Positions 12,967-26,004 of a DNA stretch of 64,000 nucleotides are shown one piece after another. Positions within the stretch are counted from its first letter, which is position 1; every line of letters begins with the position of its first letter. The position numbers were made by a program, and so were the translations under genes. The notes under the pieces are model-generated. The model was not told the DNA's origin and searched no databases. It was given only the letters and a program-made list of their open reading frames with translations. Source of the DNA: Patellaria atrata CBS 101060 (Eukaryota); assembly GCA_010093705.1 (NCBI GenBank), contig MU006109.1:124001-188000 (forward strand). Reading direction: 5' to 3'.

Positions 12967-13350
12967 ATGTTCTTCCCATTTTACCTGGGGCAACTCTCCT
13001 ATCTCCACGCAGAAACCCCAAGACCTTATCTGCTATTCGGGGTTGCGAGTAGATTCGTCCCAGTATTCCCTTGTTGTGACACTTGTATTTGTCTGTACGG
13101 CTGCTCTTATAATAGACTTGAGACTCGTATGTACGTGATGAAGGGGGTTGTACGACTAGCGTGGATGTATACGTACCCCTAGGTTTTATAGCCATTGGAG
13201 GGCAACAATGCTCAGCTTTGGGTTTTCGCCGATGAGGGTATAATAGGTATATAGCGACCGACGAGTGCTGAGCGTGACAACAGAAGAGATTGAGAATTTA
13301 TACAGACTGCTATCTGAACTCATCTTTGAGAAAAGCTTTGGGTACACAAT
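12967..13350 (+). pseudogene. Putative decayed member of the same C-terminal-domain family
   Basis: One frame read through stops: VMKGVVRLAWMY ... NRRD*EFIQTAI*THL*EKL, matching LKTMLTVAWFN ... TRRQWEFLITRFL of 6884-7801. Confidence 0.35.
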
Positions 13351-14559
13351 AGGTGGTCGAGCTCTCTTCTGAAGTTCTCCGTATTGGGGGCCAACACCTC
13401 TAAGATCTCGGAAGAGGTTAACCTTTGCAACTTAGAAGTCTGACAACAACGAACATGAACCTAACGCAACTATGATCTGGCACCGGTCTTTACAAAGAAG
13501 GACTATCCTACCCTGAAAGCTAGAAAAATCCCTCTATTTCCTCACGCTGCTCCGCGTTGCCATAGCACCCCCTCGTCAACACCTTGGCACAGAAGGTTTG
13601 CTGCGACTCTATACTACTCAGAGGAACAACGGTGCAAATACATACACAACTGAACTGAAGATATTTCCACCAGGTTATGTCTAGATCATACACACTGCTA
13701 AACTTGGGTCCTTCTTGAAATATAATGAAACTCCTCTAAAATGGATTGTGTCTTCCGCAATAAGCGAAATAAGCGCTTCTAATTCCTCAAGAGAATACTT
13801 ATCCACCATATCTGGATAGACGGGAGATTACTGACCACAAACATCAATACGGAACGACTTTGGACGAGCCTTTGCAGAAGGGCGACTAATCTTTGAACAA
13901 TGCTGACCGAGATCCCTTCCAGACACCTCGGCATAAGGTCCTTGCGCATCCTTCAAATGACTTCATAATATACACATCAACTACAACTCGTTAGACCGAG
14001 AGTGGCAATTATAAACCGGATAGGAAATGGACTCTAGAATACCTATATTTGAGAGATAACTGGTGTGTGAACGATCTTGAATTCTTCACCTTTGTAGACC
14101 TTTCTGTTAGAAAGACACTTTCACACCTCAATGATTCCCCAAAGAGTACGGAGCCGATAGATCAAGGATGATGATAGCGAGACTCCAATCTGGAATTGAA
14201 CTCAGTTCCGAGAAGCACCTTAGGTATGTTCGTTGATGAAGCAGCCCGTACGCTAACCCACCGTCGCACACTGCAAAGATACTTCTATGATTCGGAAACA
14301 CCATTGATGGGCCGCGAAAAGCCAGGTTTGACGATAGCTGATGTGGAAAGCGATGCAGAAGAGATTGAGTCGCCCTCTCCGAGAAGAAACTATCCAGATT
14401 ATGGTTCAAAATCAAATGATCCTCTTAAAACAGTTTCCCATATGGGCACAAGCTGCTAATGGGGACAATAAAATGGATACTAACGGAATACCAGTCGATA
14501 GAAACACAAAAAGCCGTTGCAAAACCAATACAAGCCGAACGTATACCTGACTGGCGGGA

Positions 14560-15400
14560 TGCTATCCTTTCATAAATGACAATTAGCCGAATCTCCCCTG
14601 TAGAACGCAGAAATAATGACCAGCTCCATTGTTTACCAAGGTTTTAAAGACTACGCGAACAGGAGCGACCTCCTTTGGACCCGAAGAAGTACACTAATGG
14701 TTACAGAGTAGATAAAACTAAGGACTTCAGACCACGACATCGGAAGCTTATATAAAACCGCGCTACACGTCCGTCATCGACAAGTGATCCTTTCTTACGG
14801 AAAAAGTTGACCAAGGTTCCGTTCCTGGACGGCAACAATGAGAAAAACTCCCATTCCTTGTTGGAGATAGTAGAGAGTGTGCGAGCGGAGAGGCTGATGT
14901 TGAAAACCGAGAAGTTATAATGGCGGCTACGACTCAATGAAACATGAAGTGACGAGAAATCATATACAAACGGTTCCTATATCCCCACCATCGAGAAGTG
15001 ATCCTTCTTTGCTAATACTGCTGGATGAAGTCCTCTCAAGCAGCCAAAATAATAAGAAACAACTATATTGTATATTGGGAGGAATAGCAGATATGTGAAC
15101 AGGCAAGATGGATCCAATCTAGGCCGTTTCAGGCGAAATGCTAACACCTAGAGTTCGATAGAACTGAAAGTAACGATCGCGAAAGCCCTATACACATTCG
15201 ACTATACAACTTATATTAGCGAACGACGCTTCCTCTACAACGAAAAATACTGAACGGACCTCTTTCTGGAGACTCGTATCAATAAGGGAATCTCTTTAAA
15301 TATTAGAGAGTAGAGGACTTGAAGACTGTGGAGAAGGATTGTAGAACCTGAAGCGTAATAATGACGGTTAGAACTCCAAAGACTACAAGCAACTGCCGTG
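14560..15400 (+). repeat. Degenerate ~215-230 bp tandem repeat, probably a decayed repeat-protein gene
   Basis: 14771-14796 vs 14985-15010 match at 21/26 nt; weaker units begin near 14563 and 15228. Confidence 0.45.
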
Positions 15401-16036
15401 AAGAGGCATACGGAGCGAATTCTATCTCCTCACATCGAAATCAGAGATTTGCGAACTACCAATGGCGAGCGAACCCGTCTCGGACATTGCGGAAAAGAGT
15501 GATTACCGCTCTGCTTCATAAGCGACCGGTTACGAAAGAGCAGAGCGAAAGCGACGATGAGAAACTGCAATCCATAGAAGGCTATCGACAACCATGAAGG
15601 AGAAAGTCTTGTCTATCTCTTGCCCTAATCGACTTCAGGGGCGAAAGAAATTGAACCAGGGAGACTTCTTCAACAATTTGTAGTACCGAGAATAGGGGAC
15701 TAGCATAAGAATGACATCAAGATACAAAACGGAACTCAGGCCGTAGCTTAGAGAAAGATAATAGATAAGTCCATTGTCGATCGAACCCTTTTGCAACTCT
15801 ATAATCGTATGATGAGAAGATTCTTCTTTCAAAGCTCAAAGACGAAACAACTGGTTGAAAAAATGAGGACTGAGTCGATGACTGCAAAGAGATACAAAAT
15901 AAAGGTATGTTCCATGTCTTCAGAATTCTCTAATTAAATATTTTCAAAAACCCCCCAGGAGAATGCAGGTATACTTTTTCCGAACCATCCGAAATACTCC
16001 ACACTATGAAACTCTGTACCACATTCTCTGGATCTC

Positions 16037-17739
16037 CTATAACCTCAAGATCAGCTCACTCGCCCTCTCGGCGGCAACCATGATCCCAAACTGCGGATTC
16101 ACACTCAGCGGCGGAACGATACTCCCATCGACAACAAAGATATTCCTCGTGCCAATAACCTTCGTATTCTCATCTACGCACTTCCCAAACCTACAACTTG
16201 ACGACCAATGGTTGACCTGGCCGACTGCGTAGGCCGAAGGAGTGGTGATATATTCTACAATCTCAGCATGGGTAGCGTTCTGGGCAATGTTGAGCGGCGT
16301 GAGGGAAGACGCGGGCAGAGCATCGAAGATGGAGCGGATGAAAGTCGCGATATCTTGGGCATCGCGTGGGTGGCTGTAGTAGGTCTCTTGTGAGGGGCCG
16401 GGGACGAAATTCTCGTCAAGTTGGACGCGGCCGGTGGATTTGAGGCCAGACGTTCCATAGATATTGAGGGTAATGGTATGGTTAGATGTGTATTCGTTGT
16501 ATCCGGCTGTATCAATTGTCCCTTGGAGTCCGACGACGTCGCCATTTGAGTGCTTAATAGTATTGAAGAACGCGCTAGTTTGGGATGCGAAAGTATAGGG
16601 ACCGGCTCTGCGCTCAACATATGGTTCTGCCTCCTCCGGGACGGGATCGTCATAACTATGAACAAAGGAAGTGATTTCGGGGCTTTCCAGTTCGATAAAA
16701 GTATTCGGGTTATCGAACAATTTGTCTCCAACAGCAGTGTTGTTGATCCAGGAGGAAGGAGAGAGATCATCGAGCAATCCAGCTGCAGCAATTTTATTAA
16801 GAACTCCTGGATCACCTATCCCGGAAAGCATCAATAGCTGTGGACTGAACAATGCGCCACCGCTGAGAATGACACGGCCATTGCGACGAAGCTTGTAAGT
16901 TTTCTCTACGTTATTTGAGACGGTAAGAACTCCAGTTGCTCTATCTCCGCTCCTCAAAACCCTTTTGACCCGTGTGCCACTCTTCAGTTGGAAGCAACTG
17001 CGCTTTAAGGCACTCTGTAGGTACGTCTTAACTGGACCACCCCTTTGTCCATTGTGATAATTCCAAATAGGACGGCCAAATACTTTCGTCTTGCGATCCG
17101 CATTACGATTCAAGTCGACTTGGGAAAAGCCGGCACCTTCGACGATCCACTCTCTCGCAGCATCATATCCCGATTGGTAATATCTTATATGGTCACTGGA
17201 GGGGTTGTCGGTAGAAGATTGTCTGGAATAGACCTTGGCCGTTGCTCGTTCCATGTCTGCGGACTTCCATTTTCTGGGGTAGTATAAGTCGTAGTCTGAA
17301 GCTGGAGGTTCGAAGAAAAGGCCTGCGTTAATGGCAGTGTTTCCTCCAATCGTACAGCCACCAAAGGCGTTCAATAGAGTTCCACACGTTAGATTACCTT
17401 GGTCCGCGAAAATCGATTTATAGAGGCCCGGTACGTCCACACGGCTCAAATTAGTTCCTTCCAGCCATTCGGGCCTTTGTGTTCCACCGGTAATGCCATA
17501 TGATGGACCACCACCTTCTAAGAGCAGAGTTCTCTTTCCAGCCTGACTCAGCCTATCTGCAACTATAATCCCGGCGGCACCGGCACCAACGACTTCAACA
17601 ATTAGCACTCATATAATAAGGTGAGAGGGTTTTAATCACCTATAGCGTCCCAGGCATCTTCGCTGCGATCACTGATAGCGGGACTCGCAGCTACCAATGC
17701 AGCTGTTACTAGTGCCAGGAAGAGCTTGGAATTTACCAT
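16037..17739 (-). CDS. Secreted GMC oxidoreductase, cellobiose dehydrogenase-like flavodomain (AA3_1) without cytochrome domain
   Basis: Signal peptide MVNSKLFLALVTAALVAA, one intron, VVGAGAAG FAD motif, LSRVDVPGLY, GGNTAINAGL, NHWSSSC and VNP catalytic His/Asn. Confidence 0.9.
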
Positions 17740-19133
17740 CATACCTAAGGAAGAGGGGACAAAAAAGCGAGTAGGACGGGGTCAAGCTTTGCGTTTCTCA
17801 GAGGGAGGGGGCCGTATTATTAAGTCTCATCTTGCTTGTTCCCTATATCGGGATCAATGGGCAATACTCTCGTCGCGTGCTTCTAAATTAAAGTTAGATG
17901 AGATCGCCGCAGGAACGGGCGCAGAATAGAGCATAGAGCTTCAGCTAGGCCTTTGCGAGTGCCACTGAATGGCCGTGGTTGAGCTCAAGAGGGTTTATTT
18001 TGGGCCCCAAAGTTGTCGTACAACATGGTGATCGATGCTGACGAAGACTGTAAGGGGCGAATTCACGGTACAAATTGAATTTGAACCCCTCGATAGATGC
18101 ACGGTCGTGTTCAAATGCTTGCCTGGATGAAGGTGCTGGTAACCATGGCGTCCATCAGCCCAGCGGAAGAGCTAGACGATAGGCTGAAAGGCTCGAGAGC
18201 CTTATGCTGACGAACGCATCCGGAAAGTTGTGGCTTGTTGCGATGAGAGCTTTGAGCTCCACATGTGCGGTCAGCCCAGCTAGATCTTCAAAAAAACACG
18301 AGAATCATTCCCTTCCATCCAAGATGCTCAGCTCAGCCAGAGGAAGCATACTCTTTTGCTTATGTGGTGTAATCACACCATTACCAAACCGCAACGAGGA
18401 GATCAGGTCATCAGGAGCAGTTGGGACAACGGTACAGTAATGCTTCAGCTGCTCGTGATAATCCCGTGACACTCATTTTCTTCGTTCACAAACTTCGAAT
18501 CCATCAAATCTCCCGTTTTCAGATCAAATTTGAACTGTCTCATCCTTTCCCGCAACCCGCATGCAGATCATTCGCATGCCGGGACCAGACGGTCAGGGCC
18601 CCGGTTGCCTTACGGCTGAACTGAGTTCAGTGTGTCCATTACCGGTATCTGTGGGCGCTAAATATCAATGAAACGTACATCTGATGACCAGGGAATATTT
18701 ATCCTCCGATCAGCTCCAGTTCTTCAAGGTTACAAATAGAAGCATCCATGGGTCTAATTGCTGCACTTTGAGAATGGGTAAGCAAGGCTTTCAGGAAATC
18801 GACTACCCCGTACTCCGTACAGTGAGAAGGTCTGATTATGCTTTTCTTGGCACCGTTGGGCTTCCCGTCCCGCCTTCATCCGCTGTACCATACCTGAGTG
18901 TGCCCCTGAACCATGAACCTCAATCGCATTATTGCATGAGTATCCGTTCGGAGGGTGTTTATGACTTTGTGTCTTAAGAGTAGAAAGCAGTTAATAAGGG
19001 ATCGTTATCTACGGACTGTTCAATTCATTCTTTTAGGCTACCTATTCGTCAAAACGAACATGCGTTATGCTATCTATGCAACGAAACCATCGTTAATCAT
19101 ACCATCATTCCTTCTGTGCCGATACAGCACAAC

Positions 19134-22100
19134 CTATCTCTCCTTTTCCTTTAACTCATCCTCCACGGTCTTAAGTGTAGGCGCCATTTCCTTCCTGACC
19201 CAGTCCCAGAACTCAATCCATCGTCTTACGGTCGGATCACTGTGCGACCCTAAATCCTGGGCCAGAACTTTGTTCAACTGGAGAGAAACTTTGATCACAC
19301 CTTTGCTCGCTTCTCTAATCTTCTCAACCTCTTGTTTAACTGCATTTTCCTTGGGTTTGATGATCAGAACGCTTCGGAAGCGTTCCGCAATCGCTTCTAG
19401 ACGTGCACGAGTCTCGTCGGGAGCAAGCACGATCAGTTTGGTCAACATGAGGTTGCACAAGATACGGATGTCATGTTCGTCGGTAATGCCTGCGATGATC
19501 CGATCGTAGAACATCGGAATGTCGATACGCGTAAATGCGGTTTCGAGGAGAGCATATAATGTCTCATAAGCGCTCTTCATTCATGATTAGCAAATTGATC
19601 AATTTTTAGCATAACATGATCACGCATACCTTACGTAGCTCAAGACCATCATCGACCTTGTGCTTGAAAGGACCCATGTGGACCTCGCGAATCAGTTCCG
19701 GTTTGACCACAGTTTCATTCATTGCTAACGGAAGAAGCTCATCGAGATGTGGTAAGATGAGATCAGGTTTGTTGTGGGCTGCCGAGTTAAGTGTTGTTAG
19801 TGCCAAACGGCGGTTCTCGAGATCCATCTCGTTGAGCATTGTTCGAAGCATTCCAATAACAATCGGCTTTAGTGAATCATCATAACCCTCGGTTGTATCG
19901 GCGAAGGTGAAGCGCAACGAGGAAATGACCATGCCACGAATATGAGGTTTACGATCATTAAGAAACGTCTTGACAAGTCAGTTCCGTTGTAATTGGGCAA
20001 TGTGGAATATGATGTGGAATCGAATATTACTTACTTGTAGCTGAGGTAGATATGTCCTAGGATCTATAATGGCCAGTCGACCGATACATTCGGCGGAAAT
20101 AGCACGGTTATCCTCTATCTGAGATGCAGCAACCAGATTTTCCCATAAGTTACCTGCATACGGAAGGATTTCCGCTTCCGCCTCCTTGTGCAAAAGAATT
20201 TCTTTGAGCGAATGAAGGAGTAAATATTGCGGACTAGATGGTTGACCCATCGCTGATAAAATAGTAGGAAGGTATGTAGGTATATTTCCTACTCCAGCAC
20301 GACCGAGGGAAATAGCTGCTGCCAACGGAACCAGATCTGACTTTGTCTGGAAATGATCCATAAATAACCGAGGCTGCAATGGTGAGGACGATCCAAGTCG
20401 AAGTCCAGCCTCTCCAAGTACAGATAAAGCTAGACACTTTCTAGGATCGTCTTTTGCACTTCTGAGTTCTGTTACGAAAGCATCAAGAGTGTAGCCTACG
20501 CTTTGCCCACCGTAAACGAGAAGAGTTCCGATAACCTTACCAAGCAGGTCTGGGTTGCCACTAACACCGACTTCCTTGAGTAATCTTTCCATTAGTTGGC
20601 GAGCAACGTTGCGTTCTGCAGCAGCTTTGACGAGCGCAAGCAAAGCATCTAGTGTACCTCCACCAATTGAGTGCTTGACTACAGCACAGATGCCCGCATT
20701 CAAACCATCATCCACGACGAGCTCAGCATCTTCTTGCACAAATGTGGTAAGAATTACAAGTGCCGGACCGAGAAGATGAGGGTCCTCAGCCGTTAGTAGA
20801 GGTAAGAGAAGGTCAACGAGTTCCCTGACAGTCTTTGCATCAAGATTTTGACGACTAGCTGGTGTGATGCAAATGGCCTTAAGAGATGCAAGGCTTGAAC
20901 CTCGTAGAATACGGCTTGCTTTGCGCATCTGTCCAGCAAGCTCTAGAGATACACTACAAACCCAAGGTGATGAAAATTCCGATTTGTTCTGCGCTAACAG
21001 AACGATGGTTTCAATGGATCTCGTGGACGCTATCCGTGTTAGTTCGTTTCGAAGGCGTTCCGCAAGTAATGAAAGACCAGCACTCCTCTTAGATCCAGAT
21101 ATAAGGCCAGAGGAGCCAGAAGTAAGACCAAGGAGAAGTCCAAGGGTGTGAATTGCTTTCCGTCGGACATCTAGGTCAGCATCATTTGCTTGAATTCGAT
21201 TTATAAGAATGTCATGGAATTGTTCCAGTTCGGATTGATTCGATTGCGAAGTTCGTGGCGGACTTAAAAGTTTGATAAACTGTTCGGCTGCAGCAAGTCC
21301 TTGAGTGGAAACTTTGCTATGCTTTTCTTTTATGGTAGTGATAATTGATGGTACTACTTTCGAAAGATAAGGCTGCAGATCCTTCGAACTATGAGTTTCT
21401 GCAATAGCCCCTAGTAGTTGCAATCCCTCTGTCCGGAGAGACTGTGCGGTTGCCGTAGAAGACGCTCCGGATGCACCGCTGGCCTGAGCACCAGGATGGA
21501 AGATTGATTCAATGACCGGTGGGAGAATCTGGTCTAGGAACTCTGAGAGACCACCGAGTTGAGTGCGCACAATATCCTTAAGGAGTACAATAGACGCTTG
21601 TTTAGTCGATAAGGAGCTTGACTTCAGCAACTGCGCTACACCCCGAATTATCTCTGGACTCAACTTCGCAAGACTTGCACGAGGACCTGTTGTGGGAGGT
21701 GCCTCCGCACTAGGTGATATAAGTCCTGTACCCAAAGACACGTTGGCCTGTGAGTCGAACATGCTCGCATCGCTCCCACCACGTCTCCGCTTTCGACTCG
21801 GTGGAGGTCCCATGGATCCATGCACTGAGTCATCAACTAGGGCTAATTCGTGCTTATTATACCCGTCTCTAGTATTTCTTACAAGGAGTGAAAGGGTCGA
21901 GAGTACTTCCAGGCGGACGTTCTCTTCGCGTTCTTTGAACCTTGAGATAAGTGCTGGTGCAACCTTGGCGTACAAAGTACCGTTTTCTAAGAGATCGCCG
22001 TTGCTACGAGTTGCAATAAGAGTATAGAGGAGTTTCGCTGCACAGCGGCGGACTTTCCAGCTTGAGTCATCTTCGTCATCGAATCCACCTTCTTCTTCAA

Positions 22101-23265
22101 AATCTTCATCATCAAAATCATCTGCTTCAGCCTCGTCATCTGTATCCATACCTTCACCATCGTCTTCGGCTAGATTAGGATCATACTTTAGTAATCGAGT
22201 GCCAGCTTCGATGGATTCATCTGTGTAATGGCGCATATCTTGTGGGCATGAGGCTAGGAATCCCTCTATTGCTACTAAGGCGGCCTCACGAACTTCGTCC
22301 GCTTCCTGGGTTTTATCATCCTCGACATCTGAGGCTTCCATCTCTTCATCAATCTCGCTGGCGCTAAGAGCACTGAGGACAAATATAGCTAGAGTCTTGA
22401 GATAGGGTCCAAATTTACGAGGAATAGAGCGAGCCATGGATCCTAGAATGGTAATGTACAATTTGCGTCTCCCGTTGGTAAGATGGGGATCCGTTAAGCT
22501 TTCAATAAGCCGTGAAATAAATGCGCTCAAAAGAGCGTCGGAAAAGTAGACAGATAAAGCAGATAGGGCAACGACTGCCTTCTTCTTAAGCACGGAACTG
22601 GTGCGATCGCTCTCTAAGAGTTCGAAGGTTATCTTTTGGAGAGCTTGGATCTCTGAGTCTTGTAACATTGGTCCGAAACAACGCGCAACTTCGGTCAAGA
22701 CATCTATAGCATTACTATCTGTTCCATTCGTTATGTCGACCTGTAACATGCCCCTCGGGGGGGCTGGTAAATCTTTTCGCCCAGTAGGAATAACATTATA
22801 CCCAACTAGACGTGGAATGAGGGTCTTGCTGATAGCAGAGTACGCTTCCAATACCTGTTTTGATCGGGGTACTCCAGGTAGCGGCCTAGGTAAGGCAACG
22901 ACAATGGCACGTAGAGCCAAGGCAGGAATAGAGATGTCTACCACATTGCCGGTCTCGAGGTTTGAGATCTTTTCGATCATAGGACATAGTATCTGTTCAC
23001 TTGCCCTCGTAACAAATGGCCCAAGGACCTTGATCGCCATGTTTTGGACCTCTCCATTGCTATCCGACAATGTATTGAGTAATCCGTCGACGACCTTTGC
23101 ACAGGTATTGTAATCGTGATGTAGAAAGTTCTGGACAGCTATATTGAAGATGTGTTGGAGATCATTGAGAGCCATGTATCGGAAGTCCGAGTCGGCATCG
23201 AAGAGCTTAGGAACCAGAAGGGCAACATTGTGCGCCGTCGGGGTAGTGTTTGCTGTCGTTGCCAT
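19134..23265 (-). CDS. cand1: Cullin-associated NEDD8-dissociated protein 1 (CAND1/TIP120), full length, 2 introns
   Basis: DSDFRYMALNDL, DSSWKVRRCAAK, FKEREENVR, GPFKHKVDDGLELRKSAYE, HEAT-repeat character. Confidence 0.96.
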
Positions 23266-23892
23266 TTTAGGAGGAGGTTAAGATTGCCTTAAAAGGAATG
23301 TAATGAGATTCATAGGCAGTAGGAGGGAGCTGTATTTGGTTGTTAACATGTCATTTGCGTGTTTATGGGAGGGGTTGTTTACGTGAGGATTCTCCGAATT
23401 GTTACGCTCAAGAAGTAATGTGCGGCGTAGGTAGGTCCTCCAACAACCTTACGGTAGTTCTAAATCGCCATGTACGGAAATATAAGACACTAGCCCACGA
23501 TAGGAGAAAAAAGAGGGTTAGGAGGTACGGAGACGAAGGTACATGGCGAGGTAGGAGGTGGTTATGAACTGGTTATGTGGTAAAGGAGAGCTTCCCACAG
23601 TGCCCACGAGCATAAACTGTCGTAGAGGGGCTTCTTGGCACCGACGTAAGTCAACACAAAGCTACGGTAACCGTAACGGCGCACTTGTCTAGTTCTAGTT
23701 CTAAATAGTTCGCCGTAGAAGCTGGCGAGCCGTGAGCGGAAGCAACTCCTTGGCATTTGATCATATCATGTCATACTGTAGGGTATCTCGCTCCCAAGGT
23801 GCTTCATCCCTCTCTCCTACACCTTCTACGCATTCCAATTCAATTTCTTAATATTCCTCATTTCCACCCAATTGCGCACAATCAGCTTTACA

Positions 23893-24939
23893 ATGCTCCT
23901 CCCAAGAGCTTCTTCATTACGCTCTTCTTTGCGTCCATCCTTTAACCGCTCCGGACGGCTTTTCCAAATGACCGAACGCCAAACTTGGCAACGTCTTGCT
24001 CAGCGAACACCTCGACGGAGCTATGCATCAGCAACCGAATCTGCTAAAAAGACTGCTTCAAGTGATTTACCCTGGTGTGCAATTACCGTTTGCCAAAGCC
24101 GTCTCCCACGCCTCATAGCTAACAAATATCTTTCAATATAGGCTCCTAGGCTCTGTAGCCGTTACTATTCCCGGTACTTGGTGGGTTCTGTCATCCCACG
24201 ACAAGGGTAATCATCCTCATGGTGGATATGGCACGAAGCAGCAAGAGGAGCAGGAACCAGCAAAGGAGCAAGCTGAGGAAATTGGCGGAGAAGCTGTACA
24301 AGAGGTAGCGGAGAAAAAAGGAAACCCATCAGCCAAAGCGTCAGCTAAAAGGGAAAAAGAAGCTTTCGGTGAGGGTGAAGAGAAGGAGGAACCAAGAGAA
24401 ACTCCTGAAAATAAGGGTGATACCGAAGGTGTGGACTTCAAGGGTAAGACTAAAAGTGACGCGCCGGATGACCACAGGAAGCTCGAGTCCACTGGACAAG
24501 GCGCGAATAAGCTACGTATCGATAGCGGACAGGGTGAGAATCTAGGCGCGAATGATTCAGTTCGTGAGGGCGAAACTGGAAGCAAAGCGGATGCCGTAAG
24601 CAAAGTCTTCGCTCATACTTTTCCGACCAGCACTAAATAAAAGGTGGGCAGGCCGCCGCATCAAAGGGACCCGTTAAGAACCAGATGTCAGACAAGCAGT
24701 CTGGCGTTTCTACATCAGACACTAGGCATTCCGTCGATATTCAGAGCGATCCGAAGAAAAGCTCCAAGGGAGAGGGCGCTCCAGAGACTGCTAAGGTCAA
24801 GGGCTCTGTAGATCCAGCTCGACCTCAGGTATGGCTTTTCCACTTTCCCTGATCTCATTGGACGGAACATGATATACTAATCTTTATTCTTACGCTATAG
24901 GCCGACAACAAGGAGGCGAGGGACTCAAGCAAGACCTAA
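23893..24939 (+). CDS. Hypothetical protein with mitochondrial-type presequence, one TM segment and charged C-terminus (3 introns)
   Basis: R/S-rich N-terminus ...RRSYAS, SDLPW|LLGSVAVTIPG, plausible GT-AG introns, ...EGAPETAKVKGSVDPARPQ. Confidence 0.75.
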
Positions 24940-26004
24940 AATTTGTTCCTCTGATGTCGGTACTTCAATTCCGTACATTGTCTTTAGTATTTAGATGGGT
25001 CCGTAGCGAAAGCTCCAGGGCAAGCCACATGTATATAGTAAATCGAATGGGGTGTATGTGCTACGTTTCGCAGTCTGAGAATTTTCTGAGGTTAATTTCG
25101 AATTTATGCTCGATATGCACGCTTATGGGCTTTCCAAAACACCCTTGCTTGGGGTATAATGCGGATATGAGTGCACACCTTTTGAGATAGCATTGGAACG
25201 TGTTTTCCGATGCCTATGAGAGAAGTTCTTTGATATTCTCAACTGGGAAAACTACTACGGATTGAATTATGCACTAGGGCATTGTTCATACAGTCTGATA
25301 TTTGTTATGATTGCAAGAATTCTCCGAGTACCTGCGTCCGGAAAGCTGGACCCTTAGAATCTGAAGAACTACTAGCTCATACTGTATCTGGTTCGCTAGC
25401 GACAAGTTTGTATAGAGAGGGCACTTGTTAAATACTCCTACGACCTGATATCCAATACAGTAGTCTGGTCATATTTCTCATGATTGGTGCGCTTTTCAAA
25501 AGCTCAAAGGTGTTGACATGCAGACATAGCAGGTTGCAACAGTTTCAAAGCAATTCGTCAATAACGACTCGGTCGCGCTTAATGGTCTCCTGTTGGTTCG
25601 TGGATGTGATAGAAGGTGATAGGCGGCATTGCACCAGGTGTGACTCGAAGCTGCAACCAACCACCGTCTACATCTGCATGTTGGGAACGAAATGGTGCGT
25701 TACGGGAGTCGCTGCTTGGCCTCAACCTCATTGAAATAAGTTTTTCAGGTGAGTACTTCATTTTGAAGTGCTCTCCTGCTCGCATATCTTCTATGCTGTA
25801 TTCCTATATCTGGAGTGAGAAGTTTGCAGCTCTCCAAACCCGGCCCCCACGGGCGTCGGCCGACAGACCCTCGACCAGCTCCGCTGAATATTGCTTACAG
25901 AGACGTCATCTGTAACTCAAGCTTTAGAACGAGTTTGAGACCTACTTCTTCAGATTAATCCCCAGAAGATCGGCTACGCGCTCTGAGAGTGCTTACCTGT
26001 GACT

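Noticed and set aside
6300..15900. Island as a transposon or Starship-type element
   Set aside because: No transposase, reverse transcriptase, tyrosine recombinase, terminal repeats or target-site duplication recognisable by eye
20555..23113. Long plus-strand ORFs (e.g. 21563-22027, 22601-23113)
   Set aside because: Antisense shadows of CAND1 with no independent motifs; the same applies to antisense ORFs over tuf1, ehd3, the bZIP gene and the AA3_1 gene
19134..23265. Split CandA-N/CandA-C arrangement as in some aspergilli
   Set aside because: The three ORF pieces join through ordinary GT-AG introns into one full-length CAND1
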